From contig CANCYS010000004.1 of assembly GCA_947382485.1 (NCBI GenBank), positions 6,385 to 70,384 of the forward strand: a DNA stretch of 64,000 nt, in the 5' to 3' direction. Below the pieces are notes generated by a model. It was not told the DNA's origin and made no database searches. It was given only the letters and a program-made list of their open reading frames with translations. Shown piece by piece: positions 1-9,911 of the stretch (position 1 is the first letter of the stretch; the number at the start of each line of letters is the position of its first letter). The stretch comes from an uncultured Clostridia bacterium. GTDB lineage: Bacteria > Bacillota > Clostridia > Christensenellales > UBA1242. The position numbers and the translations under genes were made by a program.

Positions 1-1
1 A

Positions 2-385
2 GAATTTTCAAAAAGTTTTGTTGAAGAATATATGAAATATAATTCAGGTGCAGAACAAGAGTTTAAAATTTTAAGTGAAGTTTCAACAATTTTGGAAACT
101 GAATATAGCCCAAAAGCTGCTGAAACATATAAGCCTTTATATGATTTTTGTGTTAATTACAAAGATAATGTTGATCAAAGTAAAATAGATAAAGGTGTTG
201 TGGGAATTTCTGTTATCAGTGGAGTTATAAGTATTGCATCTTTATTAGAAGGTGTGGTTCTTATTCATAACCAACTTGATGATAGTTGTTTAACTTGGGC
301 AAAAACTCTTATGAATAGATATAGATATTTCATGAATGAATATAAGAAAGAAGAAAAAAAAGAAAAGAAAGGTTTGGAAAAATAA
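2..385 (+). CDS. hypothetical protein, probably 5'-truncated by the window edge (internal ATG at 32)
   Basis: Frame is open from nt 2 to TAA 383-385. No convincing RBS before ATG 32. One hydrophobic segment (VVGISVISGVISIASLLEGVVLI) and a K/E-rich tail. No family recognised. Confidence 0.4.
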   Translation, partial: EFSKSFVEEYMKYNSGAEQEFKILSEVSTILETEYSPKAAETYKPLYDFCVNYKDNVDQSKIDKGVVGISVISGVISIASLLEGVVLIHNQLDDSCLTWAKTLMNRYRYFMNEYKKEEKKEKKGLEK

Positions 386-392
386 AATAAAT

Positions 393-422
393 AAAACTCA
401 CGGATTAATCCGTGAGTTTTTT
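393..422. terminator. bidirectional rho-independent terminator between convergent genes
   Basis: Hairpin ACTCACGGAT / ATCCGTGAGT (396-417) with an A-run before and a T-run after. Overlaps the stop of the minus-strand gene. Confidence 0.8.
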
Positions 423-732
423 ACTCTGGTTTGAAAGTGCAACAAATTGGACATTCTGGATTATCACAAGTTTGAACAGTAATGCCGTTTGCTGTACAAG
501 TGCAATTGCTGTTGAAAATACATTCTGCCTCACAACCAACTGATATGTTTTTTCTCATTGGCGGTTGACCAATTTTTTCAACTTCTTCAATATGCCCAAT
601 GTTTTTTTCTTTTTCCTTAGATGGCTTATATGTTTTGCAATCTGTGTTAGATGCAAATTCAACTTCTTTGGCTGTGCAGTTGCAACCTTCGTTATACTCA
701 CAACCAACTCTTTTACATTTTAAATCAAACAT
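421..732 (-). CDS. Cys-rich protein with two DUF1540-like repeats
   Basis: 103 aa with two copies of a C-x-C...C-x-C-T-A...I-x-V type motif (GCEYNEGCNCTAKEVEF; ECIFNSNCTCTANGITV), as recalled for DUF1540 proteins of Firmicutes. Confidence 0.5.
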   Translation of the reverse strand: MFDLKCKRVGCEYNEGCNCTAKEVEFASNTDCKTYKPSKEKEKNIGHIEEVEKIGQPPMRKNISVGCEAECIFNSNCTCTANGITVQTCDNPECPICCTFKPE

Positions 733-787
733 AAATAAACTCCTTATAAATATTATTATGTGCCATGTTTGTGTTTTTTAATACAAG

Positions 788-816
788 TTGACAAATAAAT
801 GATTGAAACTTATAAT
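788..816 (+). promoter_or_regulatory. sigma-70 type promoter for rplI
   Basis: TTGACA (788-793), 17-nt spacer, TATAAT (811-816). Confidence 0.7.
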
Positions 817-839
817 TAAATAAATTAAAGGAGATAAAG

Positions 840-1283
840 ATGAAAGTTATATTAGTTAAAGATGTAAAATCACAGGGTAAAAAGGGTGATGTAATAAATG
901 TAAGTGATGGCTATGCTAACAACTTTCTGCTTAAAAATGGTTTGGCAATTCCAGCAAATCAAGCAAATGTAAATATCAACAATAAAATAAAGGCAGAAGA
1001 ACAAAGAAAAATTGATGAAGATACGGCAGCAGCAAAAGTAGTTGCTGAGAAACTCAAAGATTTAACTTTAAATTTTGACATTGAAGTTGGTGAAAATGGA
1101 AAGGCATTTGGTTCAGTTTCAAACAAAGAAATTTCAGAAAAATTGTTGACTCTTGGATATGACATTGATAAAAAGAATATTGCTTTAAATGGAAACATAA
1201 AAACAGTAGGAAACTTTGAAGTTGAAGTAAAACTATATAAAGGTGTTTCGGCAAAACTCAAAATTCAAGTCAATGCAAAATAA
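840..1283 (+). CDS. rplI: 50S ribosomal protein L9 (bL9)
   Basis: 147 aa. N-terminus [39 protein letters not shown] is typical bL9. GGAG RBS upstream. Confidence 0.9.
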   Translation: MKVILVKDVKSQGKKGDVINVSDGYANNFLLKNGLAIPANQANVNINNKIKAEEQRKIDEDTAAAKVVAEKLKDLTLNFDIEVGENGKAFGSVSNKEISEKLLTLGYDIDKKNIALNGNIKTVGNFEVEVKLYKGVSAKLKIQVNAK

Positions 1284-1296
1284 GTCGAAAGATAAA

Positions 1297-1320
1297 ATAG
1301 GCGGAAACGCCTATTTTTTT
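1297..1320 (+). terminator. rho-independent terminator after rplI
   Basis: ATAGGCG-GAAA-CGCCTAT hairpin followed by T7. Confidence 0.85.
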
Positions 1321-1379
1321 GTGTAAAAAATTCTGTTGTAGATGGATAAAAAATATTTTATTTTTTTTGTAAAAATGTC

Positions 1380-1408
1380 TTGACACGGAGCCGTGTGTAT
1401 AGTAGAAT
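1380..1408 (+). promoter_or_regulatory. sigma-70 type promoter of the S10 operon
   Basis: TTGACA (1380-1385), 17-nt spacer, TAGAAT (1403-1408). Confidence 0.7.
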
Positions 1409-1691
1409 ATCAATGTTACGATTTTTGGGGTGGGGATATTATGCCCTTTTGGAAAAAATCCAAATTTATAATAAATAAGAAAGTGCAAAGGTTTTTATCT
1501 TTTGTAACTCTGAAAGTTATATAGTGCCCCGACTGGGTTGATGTTAGAGGTTACTTTTGTTTAGCCCAAGAAAGATAACTCTGACTGACAATAGTCTTAA
1601 CAAAGATTAAGGCGACAAAATGCTCTATTTGCCAAAACTGAGTAACACAGTGATAGAGAAATTTTGGTAAATCTATACTTGGAGGAAAACA
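1409..1691 (+). promoter_or_regulatory. long structured 5' leader of the S10 (rpsJ) operon; candidate ribosomal-protein autoregulatory leader
   Basis: About 280 nt lie between the promoter and the rpsJ ATG. Several stems are visible, e.g. CTCTAT(1625-1630)...ATAGAG(1655-1660) and CTTAA-N7-TTAAG near 1597-1613. A 27-codon uORF sits at 1441-1524. Confidence 0.4.
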
Positions 1692-2000
1692 ATGGCAGTA
1701 CAAAAAATGAGAATTAAATTAAAGGCATACGACCACAATCTTGTTGACCAAAGCGCTGCAAGAATCATTGAAACGGTTAAAAAGTCAGGAGCAAAATACT
1801 CTGGACCAATCCCTATGCCAACAGAAAAAGAAGTAGTAACAATACTTCGTGCAGTTCACAAATATAAAGATAGTCGTGAACAATTTGAAATGAGAACATA
1901 TAAAAGGTTAATTGATATTTACAATCCATCTGCTAAGACAGTTGATTCATTAATGAAAATCGAACTTCCAGCAGGCGTTGATATCAAAATTAAATTATAA
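1692..2000 (+). CDS. rpsJ: 30S ribosomal protein S10 (uS10)
   Basis: 102 aa, [15 protein letters not shown]...; GGAGG RBS; first gene of the S10 cluster. Confidence 0.95.
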   Translation: MAVQKMRIKLKAYDHNLVDQSAARIIETVKKSGAKYSGPIPMPTEKEVVTILRAVHKYKDSREQFEMRTYKRLIDIYNPSAKTVDSLMKIELPAGVDIKIKL

Positions 2001-2027
2001 TAGGACACAGGAGGAAGTAGAAACATT

Positions 2028-2657
2028 ATGAAAAACGCAATACTTGGCAAAAAAATCGGAATGTCACAAATCTTCACTGATACTGGTGTAGTTATTCCTG
2101 TGACTGTTGTAGAAGCAGGTCCTTGCTATGTATCACAAATAAAGACAGAAGCTGTCGATGGCTATAACGCAGTTCAACTTGCTTTCATGGATACAAAAGA
2201 AAATAGACTTAACAAACCTGCAATGGGTCACCTTAAAAAGGCGAACCTTACCGCAAAAAAATATTTAAAAGAATTCAAAATTTCTGCTGAGGGTTTAAAC
2301 CTTGGTTCAGAAATCAAATGTAACATCTTCACAGTTGGTGAAAAAGTTGATGTATCAGGAACAAGCAAAGGTCATGGTTTCTCTGGTAACATTCAAAAAT
2401 GGAATGCTCACAGAATGCCAATGACTCACGGTGCTGGACCTGTTCACAGAGCACCTGGTTCACTTGCTGCAAACTCAACACCATCAAGAGTTTTCAAAAA
2501 CCACAAGATGCCTGGTGATTGGGGTGACGAAAAAGTTACAATTCAAAATCTTGAAATTGCAAAAGTCGATGCAGATAGAAACTTAATTTTAATTAAGGGT
2601 GCTATCCCAGGAGCCAAAGGTTCTGTGGTTTCAATATGCAGTGCCGTTAAGGCTTAA
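2028..2657 (+). CDS. rplC: 50S ribosomal protein L3 (uL3)
   Basis: 209 aa, GKKIGMSQIF...SKGHGFSG motifs; conserved operon position. Confidence 0.95.
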   Translation: MKNAILGKKIGMSQIFTDTGVVIPVTVVEAGPCYVSQIKTEAVDGYNAVQLAFMDTKENRLNKPAMGHLKKANLTAKKYLKEFKISAEGLNLGSEIKCNIFTVGEKVDVSGTSKGHGFSGNIQKWNAHRMPMTHGAGPVHRAPGSLAANSTPSRVFKNHKMPGDWGDEKVTIQNLEIAKVDADRNLILIKGAIPGAKGSVVSICSAVKA

Positions 2658-2674
2658 TCTAGGGGGAAATTATT

Positions 2675-3292
2675 ATGCAGACAAAAGTTTACAATATTAA
2701 AGGTGAAGAAACTGGAAAACTCACACTTGCTGATGAAGTTTTCAAAGTTCCTTATAATGAAGCCCTTATTCATCAAGCAGTTGTTAGTTACCTTGCAAAT
2801 CAAAGACAAGGAACAAAAAGCACACTCACCAGAGCAGAAGTTGCTGGTGGTGGAAGAAAACCTTGGAGACAAAAAGGAACAGGAAGAGCAAGACAAGGCT
2901 CAATCCGTTCACCACAATGGATTCATGGTGGTGTAGTATTTGCTCCAAAGCCAAGAGATTTCGAAAAGAAAATGAATGCTCAAATGAAGAAAGGTGCATT
3001 TTTAAGTGCTCTTTCAACAATGATGGCAGAAAATGCAGTTAAAGTTGTTGAAGATCTTAACATTGAAGCAAAAACAAAAGTAGCTGTTAAAGCATTAGCA
3101 GACTTAAAACTTTCAAGAAGAATCACTGTTGTTACTGACGGCGTTAGTGACACAGCACTTAGAGCTTTCTCAAATCTTCCAGAAGTTGAAGTTACAACAG
3201 CAGCTCAACTCAACACATATGAACTTGTTGTTAGCGATTATGTGCTTATCACAAAAGATGCTATTAAGAAAATCGAGGAGGGAAATAAATAA
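2675..3292 (+). CDS. rplD: 50S ribosomal protein L4 (uL4)
   Basis: 205 aa, GGGRKPWRQKGTGRARQGS motif. Confidence 0.95.
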   Translation: MQTKVYNIKGEETGKLTLADEVFKVPYNEALIHQAVVSYLANQRQGTKSTLTRAEVAGGGRKPWRQKGTGRARQGSIRSPQWIHGGVVFAPKPRDFEKKMNAQMKKGAFLSALSTMMAENAVKVVEDLNIEAKTKVAVKALADLKLSRRITVVTDGVSDTALRAFSNLPEVEVTTAAQLNTYELVVSDYVLITKDAIKKIEEGNK

Positions 3293-3582
3293 TGGTCGCA
3301 CATGATATTATTATAGAACCTGTCCTAACAGAAAAAAGTTATGCTGACATTGCAAACAAGAAATATTATTTCAAAGTTGCAAAAAAAGCAACAAAACCTC
3401 AAATCAAACACGCAGTTGAAGAGATTTTTAAAGTTAAAGTTGAAAGTGTAAACACACTTAATGTATACGGAAAAATTAAAAGACAAGGAAGAACAGAAGG
3501 TCTTACAGGTAGTTACAAAAAGGCTATCGTTCAACTTTCAAGTGATAGTAAGTCAATTGAGTTCTTTGACAGTTTGTCTTAA
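3292..3582 (+). CDS. rplW: 50S ribosomal protein L23 (uL23)
   Basis: 96 aa, IIEPVLTEKS motif; start overlaps the rplD stop. Confidence 0.95.
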   Translation: MVAHDIIIEPVLTEKSYADIANKKYYFKVAKKATKPQIKHAVEEIFKVKVESVNTLNVYGKIKRQGRTEGLTGSYKKAIVQLSSDSKSIEFFDSLS

Positions 3583-3604
3583 TCGGTAAAGGAGAAAGAT
3601 AGTT

Positions 3605-4432
3605 ATGGCAATTAAAAAATCAAATCCTACCAGTGCTGGTCAAAGATTCAGAGCCGTTGCTTCATTTGAAGAAGTAACTGCAAAGGCTCCTGAAAAATCT
3701 CTTCTTCAAAAGAAGAAAAAAACTGGTGGACGCAACTCATATGGAAGAATCACTGTAAGACATATCGGTGGTGGAAATCGTCAAAAATATCGTTTGATTG
3801 ATTTTAGAAGAAATAAAGATGGAATTCCTGCAAAAGTTGCTAGTATTGAATATGATCCAAACAGATCAGCATATATCGCTTTACTTAACTACGCTGATGG
3901 TGAAAAGAGATATATCCTTGCTCCTGTTGGACTTGCAGTAGGCGACACTGTTGAAAGTGGTGCAAATGCAGAAATTAAAGTTGGAAACACTCTTCCACTC
4001 ACAAACATTCCTGTTGGTTCAGTTGTACACAACATTGAATTCACACCAGGAAAAGGTGGAAAGATTGCAAGAAGTGCAGGTATTTCTGCAAGATTTATGG
4101 CTCTTGAAGGTGGCTATGCTACACTCAGAATGCCATCAGGTGAAATGAGAAAAGTACCTGAAAAATGTAGAGCAACAATCGGACAAGTTGGTAACATTGA
4201 ACATGAAATCACATCTGCTGGTAAAGCTGGTGCAAAACGTCATGCTGGTGTTAGACCACACGTTCGTGGAACTGTCATGAACCCAGTTGATCACCCACAC
4301 GGTGGTGGTGAAGGTAAGGCTCCTGTTGGACACGCTGGTCCAATGACACCATGGGGCAAACCTGCTCTTGGATATAAGACTAGAAAGAAAAAGAACCGTA
4401 CAAATAAGTTTATGGTTAAACGTATTAATTAG
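3605..4432 (+). CDS. rplB: 50S ribosomal protein L2 (uL2)
   Basis: 275 aa, [17 protein letters not shown] and HPHGGGEG motifs. Confidence 0.97.
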   Translation: MAIKKSNPTSAGQRFRAVASFEEVTAKAPEKSLLQKKKKTGGRNSYGRITVRHIGGGNRQKYRLIDFRRNKDGIPAKVASIEYDPNRSAYIALLNYADGEKRYILAPVGLAVGDTVESGANAEIKVGNTLPLTNIPVGSVVHNIEFTPGKGGKIARSAGISARFMALEGGYATLRMPSGEMRKVPEKCRATIGQVGNIEHEITSAGKAGAKRHAGVRPHVRGTVMNPVDHPHGGGEGKAPVGHAGPMTPWGKPALGYKTRKKKNRTNKFMVKRIN

Positions 4433-4443
4433 GAGACAAAGAT

Positions 4444-4725
4444 ATGAGTAGATCAGTTAAAAAAGGCCCTTATGTTGAAGCAAGCCTTATGAAAAAAATT
4501 GAAGCTATGAACGCATCTAACGAAAAACATGTTATCAAAACATGGTCAAGAGCATCTACAATCGTTCCAGACATGGTTGGTCATACAATCGGTGTATATG
4601 ATGGTAGAAAGCACATTCCTGTTTATGTAACAGCAGAGATGGTTTCATGCAAACTCGGTGAATTTGCACCAACAAGAACCTACAAAGGACACGCTGGTGT
4701 AAAGTCTTTGAAGGGAGGTAAATAA
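4444..4725 (+). CDS. rpsS: 30S ribosomal protein S19 (uS19)
   Basis: 93 aa, [11 protein letters not shown]...[12 protein letters not shown]. Confidence 0.95.
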   Translation: MSRSVKKGPYVEASLMKKIEAMNASNEKHVIKTWSRASTIVPDMVGHTIGVYDGRKHIPVYVTAEMVSCKLGEFAPTRTYKGHAGVKSLKGGK

Positions 4726-5114
4726 TGGCTACTAGACAAAGAGAAAAAGCGGAAAGAGTTGCTCAAACAGCTGATAAAAGGCCAAAAGCAATCGCTAAAA
4801 ATGTTGGAGTATCACCTTCAAAAGTAAGAATCGTTCTTAACCTCATTCGTGGTAAGGACTATGGCACAGCAGTTGCCATGCTTAAAAATATGCCAAACGT
4901 TGGTGCAAGTTATTCTGTTAAAGTACTTGAAAGTGCTGGTGCAAATGCTGAAAACAACTTAGGTATGAACAAAGCAAATTTATATGTTGCAGAAGCATAT
5001 GCTGACGGGGCTGCAACTCTTAAAAGATATAACCCAGTAAGCAAAGGTAGAGCACATTCAATCAAGAAAAGAACAAGTCATATTACAATTATTCTTGATG
5101 AGAAGAATGCGTAA
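4725..5114 (+). CDS. rplV: 50S ribosomal protein L22 (uL22)
   Basis: 129 aa, SPSKVRIVLNLIRGK motif; operon position. Confidence 0.93.
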   Translation: MATRQREKAERVAQTADKRPKAIAKNVGVSPSKVRIVLNLIRGKDYGTAVAMLKNMPNVGASYSVKVLESAGANAENNLGMNKANLYVAEAYADGAATLKRYNPVSKGRAHSIKKRTSHITIILDEKNA

Positions 5115-5131
5115 TAGGTCGAGGAGGAAAT

Positions 5132-5803
5132 ATGGGACAAAAAGTTAATCCACATGGACTTAGAGTTGGTATCAACAAGACATGGGACAGCAACTGGATT
5201 GCTGATAAAAAGCATGTTGCTGCATACATTCTTGAAGATAACAAAATCCGTGAATACATTGAAAATAATCACAAAAATTGTGGTGTTTCAAAAGTTATCA
5301 TTGAAAGAATCAATGAAAAGAAAATTTTAATTACACTCAACACCTCTCGTCCTGGTATGGTTATCGGTCAAAAAGGTGCTGGTGTTGAAGCAATGAAAAC
5401 TGCAATTTCAAAACTTGCTGGTGGAAAGGAAGTTAACATCAACGTTGTTGAAATCAAAACTCCTGACCAAGATGCACAACTTGTTGCAGAATCAATCGTT
5501 GCACAACTTGATCAAAGAGTTGTTTGCCGTCGTGCAATGAAACAAGCAATCGCAAGATGTCAAAAAGCAGGCGTTAAAGGTGTTAAAGTTATGGTTTCTG
5601 GCCGTATCAATAACGCTGAAATCGCTAGAAGTGAAACATTACACTTTGGTTCAATTCCACTTCAAACACTTAGAGCAGACATTGATTATGGTTTTGCTGA
5701 ATCATCAATCTATGGAAAACTTGGTGTTAAAGTTTGGATTTATAAAGGCGAAATTCTTGGAAAAGTAAATCTCGCAAAAAATGCTCAGGGAGGTAAAGAC
5801 TAA
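5132..5803 (+). CDS. rpsC: 30S ribosomal protein S3 (uS3)
   Basis: 223 aa, [13 protein letters not shown] start; KH domain GMVIGQKG. Confidence 0.96.
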   Translation: MGQKVNPHGLRVGINKTWDSNWIADKKHVAAYILEDNKIREYIENNHKNCGVSKVIIERINEKKILITLNTSRPGMVIGQKGAGVEAMKTAISKLAGGKEVNINVVEIKTPDQDAQLVAESIVAQLDQRVVCRRAMKQAIARCQKAGVKGVKVMVSGRINNAEIARSETLHFGSIPLQTLRADIDYGFAESSIYGKLGVKVWIYKGEILGKVNLAKNAQGGKD

Positions 5804-6249
5804 TGTTGATGCCTAAAAGAGTAAAAAGAAGAAAGGTTCAAAGAGGAAGAATGACTGGTAAAGCACTTCGTGGAAACAAAGTAACTTACGGTGATTATGG
5901 TCTTCAAGCAACAGAACCATGCTGGATCACATCAAATCAACTTGAAGCAGGACGTATCGCAATTAACAGATGCTTCCAAAGAGGTGGAAAAGTTTGGATT
6001 GATGTATTTCCAGACAAACCAGTAACAAAGAAACCAGCAGACACTCGTATGGGTTCTGGTAAAGGTTCTCCTGAATACTGGGTAGCAGTTGTAAAACCAG
6101 GCAGAGTTATTTTTGAAGTTAAAGCAAATACACCTGAACTTATGATTAAAGCTCTCAAAAAAGCACAATACAAATTACCATGTGCAACAAAAATTATTGC
6201 AAGGGAAACTAGTGTTGATGCAAATTCTGCTTCAAAGGAGGCTGAATAA
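5803..6249 (+). CDS. rplP: 50S ribosomal protein L16 (uL16)
   Basis: 148 aa, [17 protein letters not shown] start. Confidence 0.96.
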   Translation: MLMPKRVKRRKVQRGRMTGKALRGNKVTYGDYGLQATEPCWITSNQLEAGRIAINRCFQRGGKVWIDVFPDKPVTKKPADTRMGSGKGSPEYWVAVVKPGRVIFEVKANTPELMIKALKKAQYKLPCATKIIARETSVDANSASKEAE

Positions 6250-6548
6250 TGAAAAATACTGAATTTAATTCACTTACAGACAAAGAACTGAATGAAAAAC
6301 TCGCAAGTTTAAAATCAGATCTTTTCAAATTAAGATTTTCTCACGCAAGTGGAAGTTTAACAAACAGTAGTGAACTTCAAGTATGTAAGAGAAATATCGC
6401 AAGAGTAAAAACTGTAATTCGTCAAAGAGAATTAGGTTTAGCTAAGGCTCCTGAAAAAACAGTTGAAAAGAAAGTTGCTGAAAATAAGTCAGCAGAAAAG
6501 AAAACAACAAAGAAATCTGCAAAAGTCGATGCAGAAGTTAAAGGTTAA
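6249..6548 (+). CDS. rpmC: 50S ribosomal protein L29 (uL29) with a K/E/A-rich C-terminal extension
   Basis: 99 aa. The uL29 core ([18 protein letters not shown]) is followed by a roughly 35-aa tail ([34 protein letters not shown]). Confidence 0.92.
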   Translation: MKNTEFNSLTDKELNEKLASLKSDLFKLRFSHASGSLTNSSELQVCKRNIARVKTVIRQRELGLAKAPEKTVEKKVAENKSAEKKTTKKSAKVDAEVKG

Positions 6549-6556
6549 GGTGAACT

Positions 6557-6823
6557 ATGGCAAATGAAATCGAAAGAAATGAAAGAAAAACAAGAATTGG
6601 TGTAGTTGTTAGTAACAAAATGGAAAAAACCATTGTTGTTCTCATCAAAACAAAAAGAATACATCCAATCTATGGAAAAACACTTAATCAATCAACAAAA
6701 TTAAAGGCTGATGATCCAGAAAATCAATGTGATATTGGCGATACAGTAGAAATTGCTGAAACTCGTCCACTTAGCAAAGACAAGAGATGGAGACTCGTTC
6801 GTATTGTTGAAAAAGTTAAATAA
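6557..6823 (+). CDS. rpsQ: 30S ribosomal protein S17 (uS17)
   Basis: 88 aa, [19 protein letters not shown]...HPIYGK motif. Confidence 0.95.
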   Translation: MANEIERNERKTRIGVVVSNKMEKTIVVLIKTKRIHPIYGKTLNQSTKLKADDPENQCDIGDTVEIAETRPLSKDKRWRLVRIVEKVK

Positions 6824-6843
6824 TGTGAGAAGGAGAAAACGAT

Positions 6844-7215
6844 ATGATACAACCACAAACCAGACTTAGAGTTGCTGACAACTCAGGTGCAAAAGAGATT
6901 ATGTGTTTCCACATCGTTGGTGGATCTGTTGTTAAAACTGCTAATATTGGTGACATTATTAAGGCTTCTGTTAAATCTGCAACACCAGGTGCAAACATCA
7001 AAAAAGGTGATGTTGTCACAGCGGTTGTTGTAAGAACAAAAAAAGGCGTTCGCAGAGATGATGGCAGTTACATCAAATTTGATGATAACGCAGCCGTAAT
7101 TATTAACAATGATGGCAACCCAAAGGGAACTCGTATTTTTGGACCTATTGCTCGTGAAATTCGTGCAAATTCTAAGTTTATGAAGATTATTTCTCTTGCA
7201 CCAGAGGTTATATAG
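6844..7215 (+). CDS. rplN: 50S ribosomal protein L14 (uL14)
   Basis: 123 aa, [18 protein letters not shown] start. Confidence 0.97.
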   Translation: MIQPQTRLRVADNSGAKEIMCFHIVGGSVVKTANIGDIIKASVKSATPGANIKKGDVVTAVVVRTKKGVRRDDGSYIKFDDNAAVIINNDGNPKGTRIFGPIAREIRANSKFMKIISLAPEVI

Positions 7216-7228
7216 GAGGATATGGATA

Positions 7229-7753
7229 ATGAAGGTTAGTGTAAAAACAGGTGATACCGTCTTAGTCAATTCTGGAAAAGACTCTGGTAAAAAGGGTAAG
7301 GTATTAGCCGTTATTAAAGAAGAAAAAAGAGCAAGAGTTATTGTTGAAGGCGTAAATATTGTGACAAAAGCAAAGAAAGCTAGAAGTGCACAAGACAAGA
7401 GCGAATTCGTTAAAAAAGAAGCAGCTATTGATGTTTCTAATGTTAATGTAGTTTGTCCATCTTGTGGTCTTGCAGTTCGTATTGCACACAAAGTTAACGG
7501 AGACAACAAAATCAGAGTATGCTCAAAATGTGGTGCAGGTCTTGATGCTAAATACGTTAAAGACGCAAAAGCAAAAAAGACTGAAAAGCCAGTAAAAGAA
7601 GAAAAATCAGCAGACAAAACTGCAAAAGCAGAAAAACCTGCAAAAACTGAACAAAAGTCGAAAGCAAAATCAGTGGTAACTGACGAAAAAGCAACAAAAG
7701 TTGCAGTAGCAAAGAAACCACAAACATCAAGATCAGCCCAAAGAGGAGTGTAG
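7229..7753 (+). CDS. rplX: 50S ribosomal protein L24 (uL24), zinc-ribbon variant with a long K/A-rich C-terminal tail
   Basis: Start moved to ATG 7229 (MKVSVKTGDTVLV), 8 nt after the AGGAGGA RBS; the track start 7196 overlaps rplN. KOW motif GKDSGKKGKV, then CPSC...CSKC, then a roughly 70-aa tail; 174 aa in total. Confidence 0.9.
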   Translation: MKVSVKTGDTVLVNSGKDSGKKGKVLAVIKEEKRARVIVEGVNIVTKAKKARSAQDKSEFVKKEAAIDVSNVNVVCPSCGLAVRIAHKVNGDNKIRVCSKCGAGLDAKYVKDAKAKKTEKPVKEEKSADKTAKAEKPAKTEQKSKAKSVVTDEKATKVAVAKKPQTSRSAQRGV

Positions 7754-7756
7754 TTT

Positions 7757-8323
7757 ATGGCAACAAAAAAAGCAGAGTCTGGTGTTAGACTTAAAGATAA
7801 ATATGTAAATGATGTTGTTCCAGCACTTGTTAAAGAATTTGGTTACAAAAATATCAATGAAGTTCCAAAACTTGAAAAAATTGTTTTAAGCATGGGACTT
7901 GGTGATGAAAAAGATAACTCAAAGAGTTTTAACATCGCTGTTGAAGAACTTGCTGCTATTTCTGGTCAAAAGCCAATCGCAACAACTGCTAAAAAGTCTG
8001 TTGCAAACTTCAAACTTCGTCAAGGTCAAAAGATTGGTGCAAAAGTTACTCTTCGTGGAACAAGAATGTATGAGTTTTTAGATAGACTTATTGCAATCGC
8101 AATTCCAAAAATCAGAGATTTTAGAGGAATTGATGCAACAACAGGTTTTGATGGAAAAGGTAACTATTCATATGGTATTAAAGAACAATTAATTTTCCCA
8201 GAAATCATTTATGATAAAATTGAGAAAATTAGAGGTTTTGATATCAACTTTGTTACAACCGCAAAAACTGATAATGAAGCTAGGGTGCTACTTAAACTCT
8301 TAGGAATGCCTTTCAAGGCCTAG
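7757..8323 (+). CDS. rplE: 50S ribosomal protein L5 (uL5)
   Basis: 188 aa, [22 protein letters not shown]...; operon position. Confidence 0.95.
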   Translation: MATKKAESGVRLKDKYVNDVVPALVKEFGYKNINEVPKLEKIVLSMGLGDEKDNSKSFNIAVEELAAISGQKPIATTAKKSVANFKLRQGQKIGAKVTLRGTRMYEFLDRLIAIAIPKIRDFRGIDATTGFDGKGNYSYGIKEQLIFPEIIYDKIEKIRGFDINFVTTAKTDNEARVLLKLLGMPFKA

Positions 8324-8353
8324 CGAGTAAATGAAGGAAGCAAGGAGAAAAAA

Positions 8354-8539
8354 ATGGCAAAAAAAGCAATGATAAATAAACAACAAAGACCACAAAAATA
8401 TAAAACTCGTGAATACACAAGATGTTCAATTTGTGGTAGACCTCATTCAGTTCTCAGAAAATATGGCATTTGCCGTATCTGTTTCAGAGAACTCGCATAT
8501 AAGGGTCAAATACCTGGCGTTAAGAAGGCTAGCTGGTAA
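8354..8539 (+). CDS. rpsN: 30S ribosomal protein S14, short zinc-binding type Z (uS14)
   Basis: 61 aa, CSICGRPH...CRICFRE, ends KKASW. Confidence 0.95.
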   Translation: MAKKAMINKQQRPQKYKTREYTRCSICGRPHSVLRKYGICRICFRELAYKGQIPGVKKASW

Positions 8540-8552
8540 GGAGGAAGAGATA

Positions 8553-8948
8553 ATGGTTAATGATTCAATTGCAGACATGCTCACTCGTATAAGAAATGCA
8601 CAAACAGCTCATCACGAATCAGTTACAGTTGAAAATTCAACAATGAAAAATTCAATTGCACAAATTTTGCTTGATGAAGGTTACATTTCTTCATTCGAAG
8701 TTGTAGAAAATGGCAAATTTAAAAATCTTGTTATTAACTTAAAATATGTAAATAAAAATCAAAAAGTAATTACTGGCTTAAAGCGTATTTCTAAACCAGG
8801 TCGTAGAATCTATGCAAGCAGTGAAGATCTTCCAAAAGTTCTTGGTGGTCTTGGAATTGTTATAGTTTCAACATCAAAAGGTGTAATGACTGATAGAGAA
8901 GCTAGAAAGCTCGGTATTGGTGGCGAAGTTCTCGCCTATGTATGGTAA
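8553..8948 (+). CDS. rpsH: 30S ribosomal protein S8 (uS8)
   Basis: Start moved to ATG 8553 ([17 protein letters not shown]) after the GGAGGAAGAG RBS; the track start 8409 lies inside rpsN. 131 aa. Confidence 0.95.
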   Translation: MVNDSIADMLTRIRNAQTAHHESVTVENSTMKNSIAQILLDEGYISSFEVVENGKFKNLVINLKYVNKNQKVITGLKRISKPGRRIYASSEDLPKVLGGLGIVIVSTSKGVMTDREARKLGIGGEVLAYVW

Positions 8949-8960
8949 GGAGGAAGAATT

Positions 8961-9524
8961 ATGAGTCGTATAGGTAAAGCTCCGATTGTTCTCCCTGATG
9001 GCGTAACTTATGAAGTTAGTGCTGAAAACTATGTAACAGTGACTGGTCCAAAAGGAAAACTTGAACAACAAATCACTGGAAACATCAGTTTAACCAACGT
9101 AGAACACGAGGGCAAAAAAGCAATCTTGCTTGTTGCAAATGACAATCAAGCAGAAACAAACGCAAAACACGGTTTATATCGTGCACTTGTTGCAAACATG
9201 GTTACAGGTGTTTCACAAGGCTTCACAAAGTCTGTAAGCATCAATGGTGTCGGTTTCAAAGTGGCAGTTCAAGGCAACAAAATTGTATTGAATATAGGTT
9301 TCTCACATCCAGTAAATGTGGAAATCCCACAAGGACTCACAGTAACATGTCCATCAGCAACAGAAATGGTTATTGCTGGTATCAGCAAAGAAAAAGTTGG
9401 TCAGTTTGCTGCTGACATAAAAGCAATCAAAAAAGTCGAACCATATCATGGATATGGCATCTACTACACAAACGAACATGTGCGCAGAAAAGAAATCAAG
9501 AAGACAACTTCTGGCAAAAAGTAG
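8961..9524 (+). CDS. rplF: 50S ribosomal protein L6 (uL6)
   Basis: 187 aa, MSRIGKAPIVLPDGV start. Confidence 0.95.
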   Translation: MSRIGKAPIVLPDGVTYEVSAENYVTVTGPKGKLEQQITGNISLTNVEHEGKKAILLVANDNQAETNAKHGLYRALVANMVTGVSQGFTKSVSINGVGFKVAVQGNKIVLNIGFSHPVNVEIPQGLTVTCPSATEMVIAGISKEKVGQFAADIKAIKKVEPYHGYGIYYTNEHVRRKEIKKTTSGKK

Positions 9525-9533
9525 GAGTAGGTT

Positions 9534-9902
9534 ATGTTTAAGAAAGTTAATAAAAATGAAATTAGAAAGAAAAAGCATGCTCGTATTAGATATACTTTAA
9601 ACGGAACTGCTGACAGACCTAGACTTAACGTTTATAGATCAACAAATGGCATCTATGCACAAATTATTGATGATAAGTTAGGTAAAACTCTTTGTAGTGC
9701 TGCAAGTAATGACAAAGCTCTTGAAAAATCACTCGCTGGAAAAACAAAAGTTGAACAAGCTTATGTTGTAGGCGAAGAAATTGGAAAAAGAGCAGTTAAA
9801 CTTGGAATCAAAAAAGTCGTATTTGATCGTAGTGGATATATTTTCACTGGTAGAGTGCAAAAACTTGCAGAAGGTGCAAGAAATGCTGGTCTTGATTTTT
9901 AG
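9534..9902 (+). CDS. rplR: 50S ribosomal protein L18 (uL18)
   Basis: 122 aa, RPRLNVYRSTNGIYAQIIDD motif. Confidence 0.95.
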   Translation: MFKKVNKNEIRKKKHARIRYTLNGTADRPRLNVYRSTNGIYAQIIDDKLGKTLCSAASNDKALEKSLAGKTKVEQAYVVGEEIGKRAVKLGIKKVVFDRSGYIFTGRVQKLAEGARNAGLDF

Positions 9903-9911
9903 GAGGATGTT

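Noticed and set aside
7196-7228. Longer N-termini proposed by the ORF track (also rpsH 8409, rpsM 14196, mgtE 19900, 24432, truA 52556, 53411, acpP 58797, greA 63216, 40923, 48399, 45084)
   Set aside because: In each case an internal ATG gives the conserved family N-terminus, has a properly spaced GGAGG-type RBS, or both. The longer form overlaps the upstream gene, a promoter or a terminator.
6883-7617. 244-aa ORF on the minus strand across rplN/rplX
   Set aside because: It lies entirely antisense to two confidently identified ribosomal protein genes. It has low-complexity composition and no RBS, so it is a shadow ORF.
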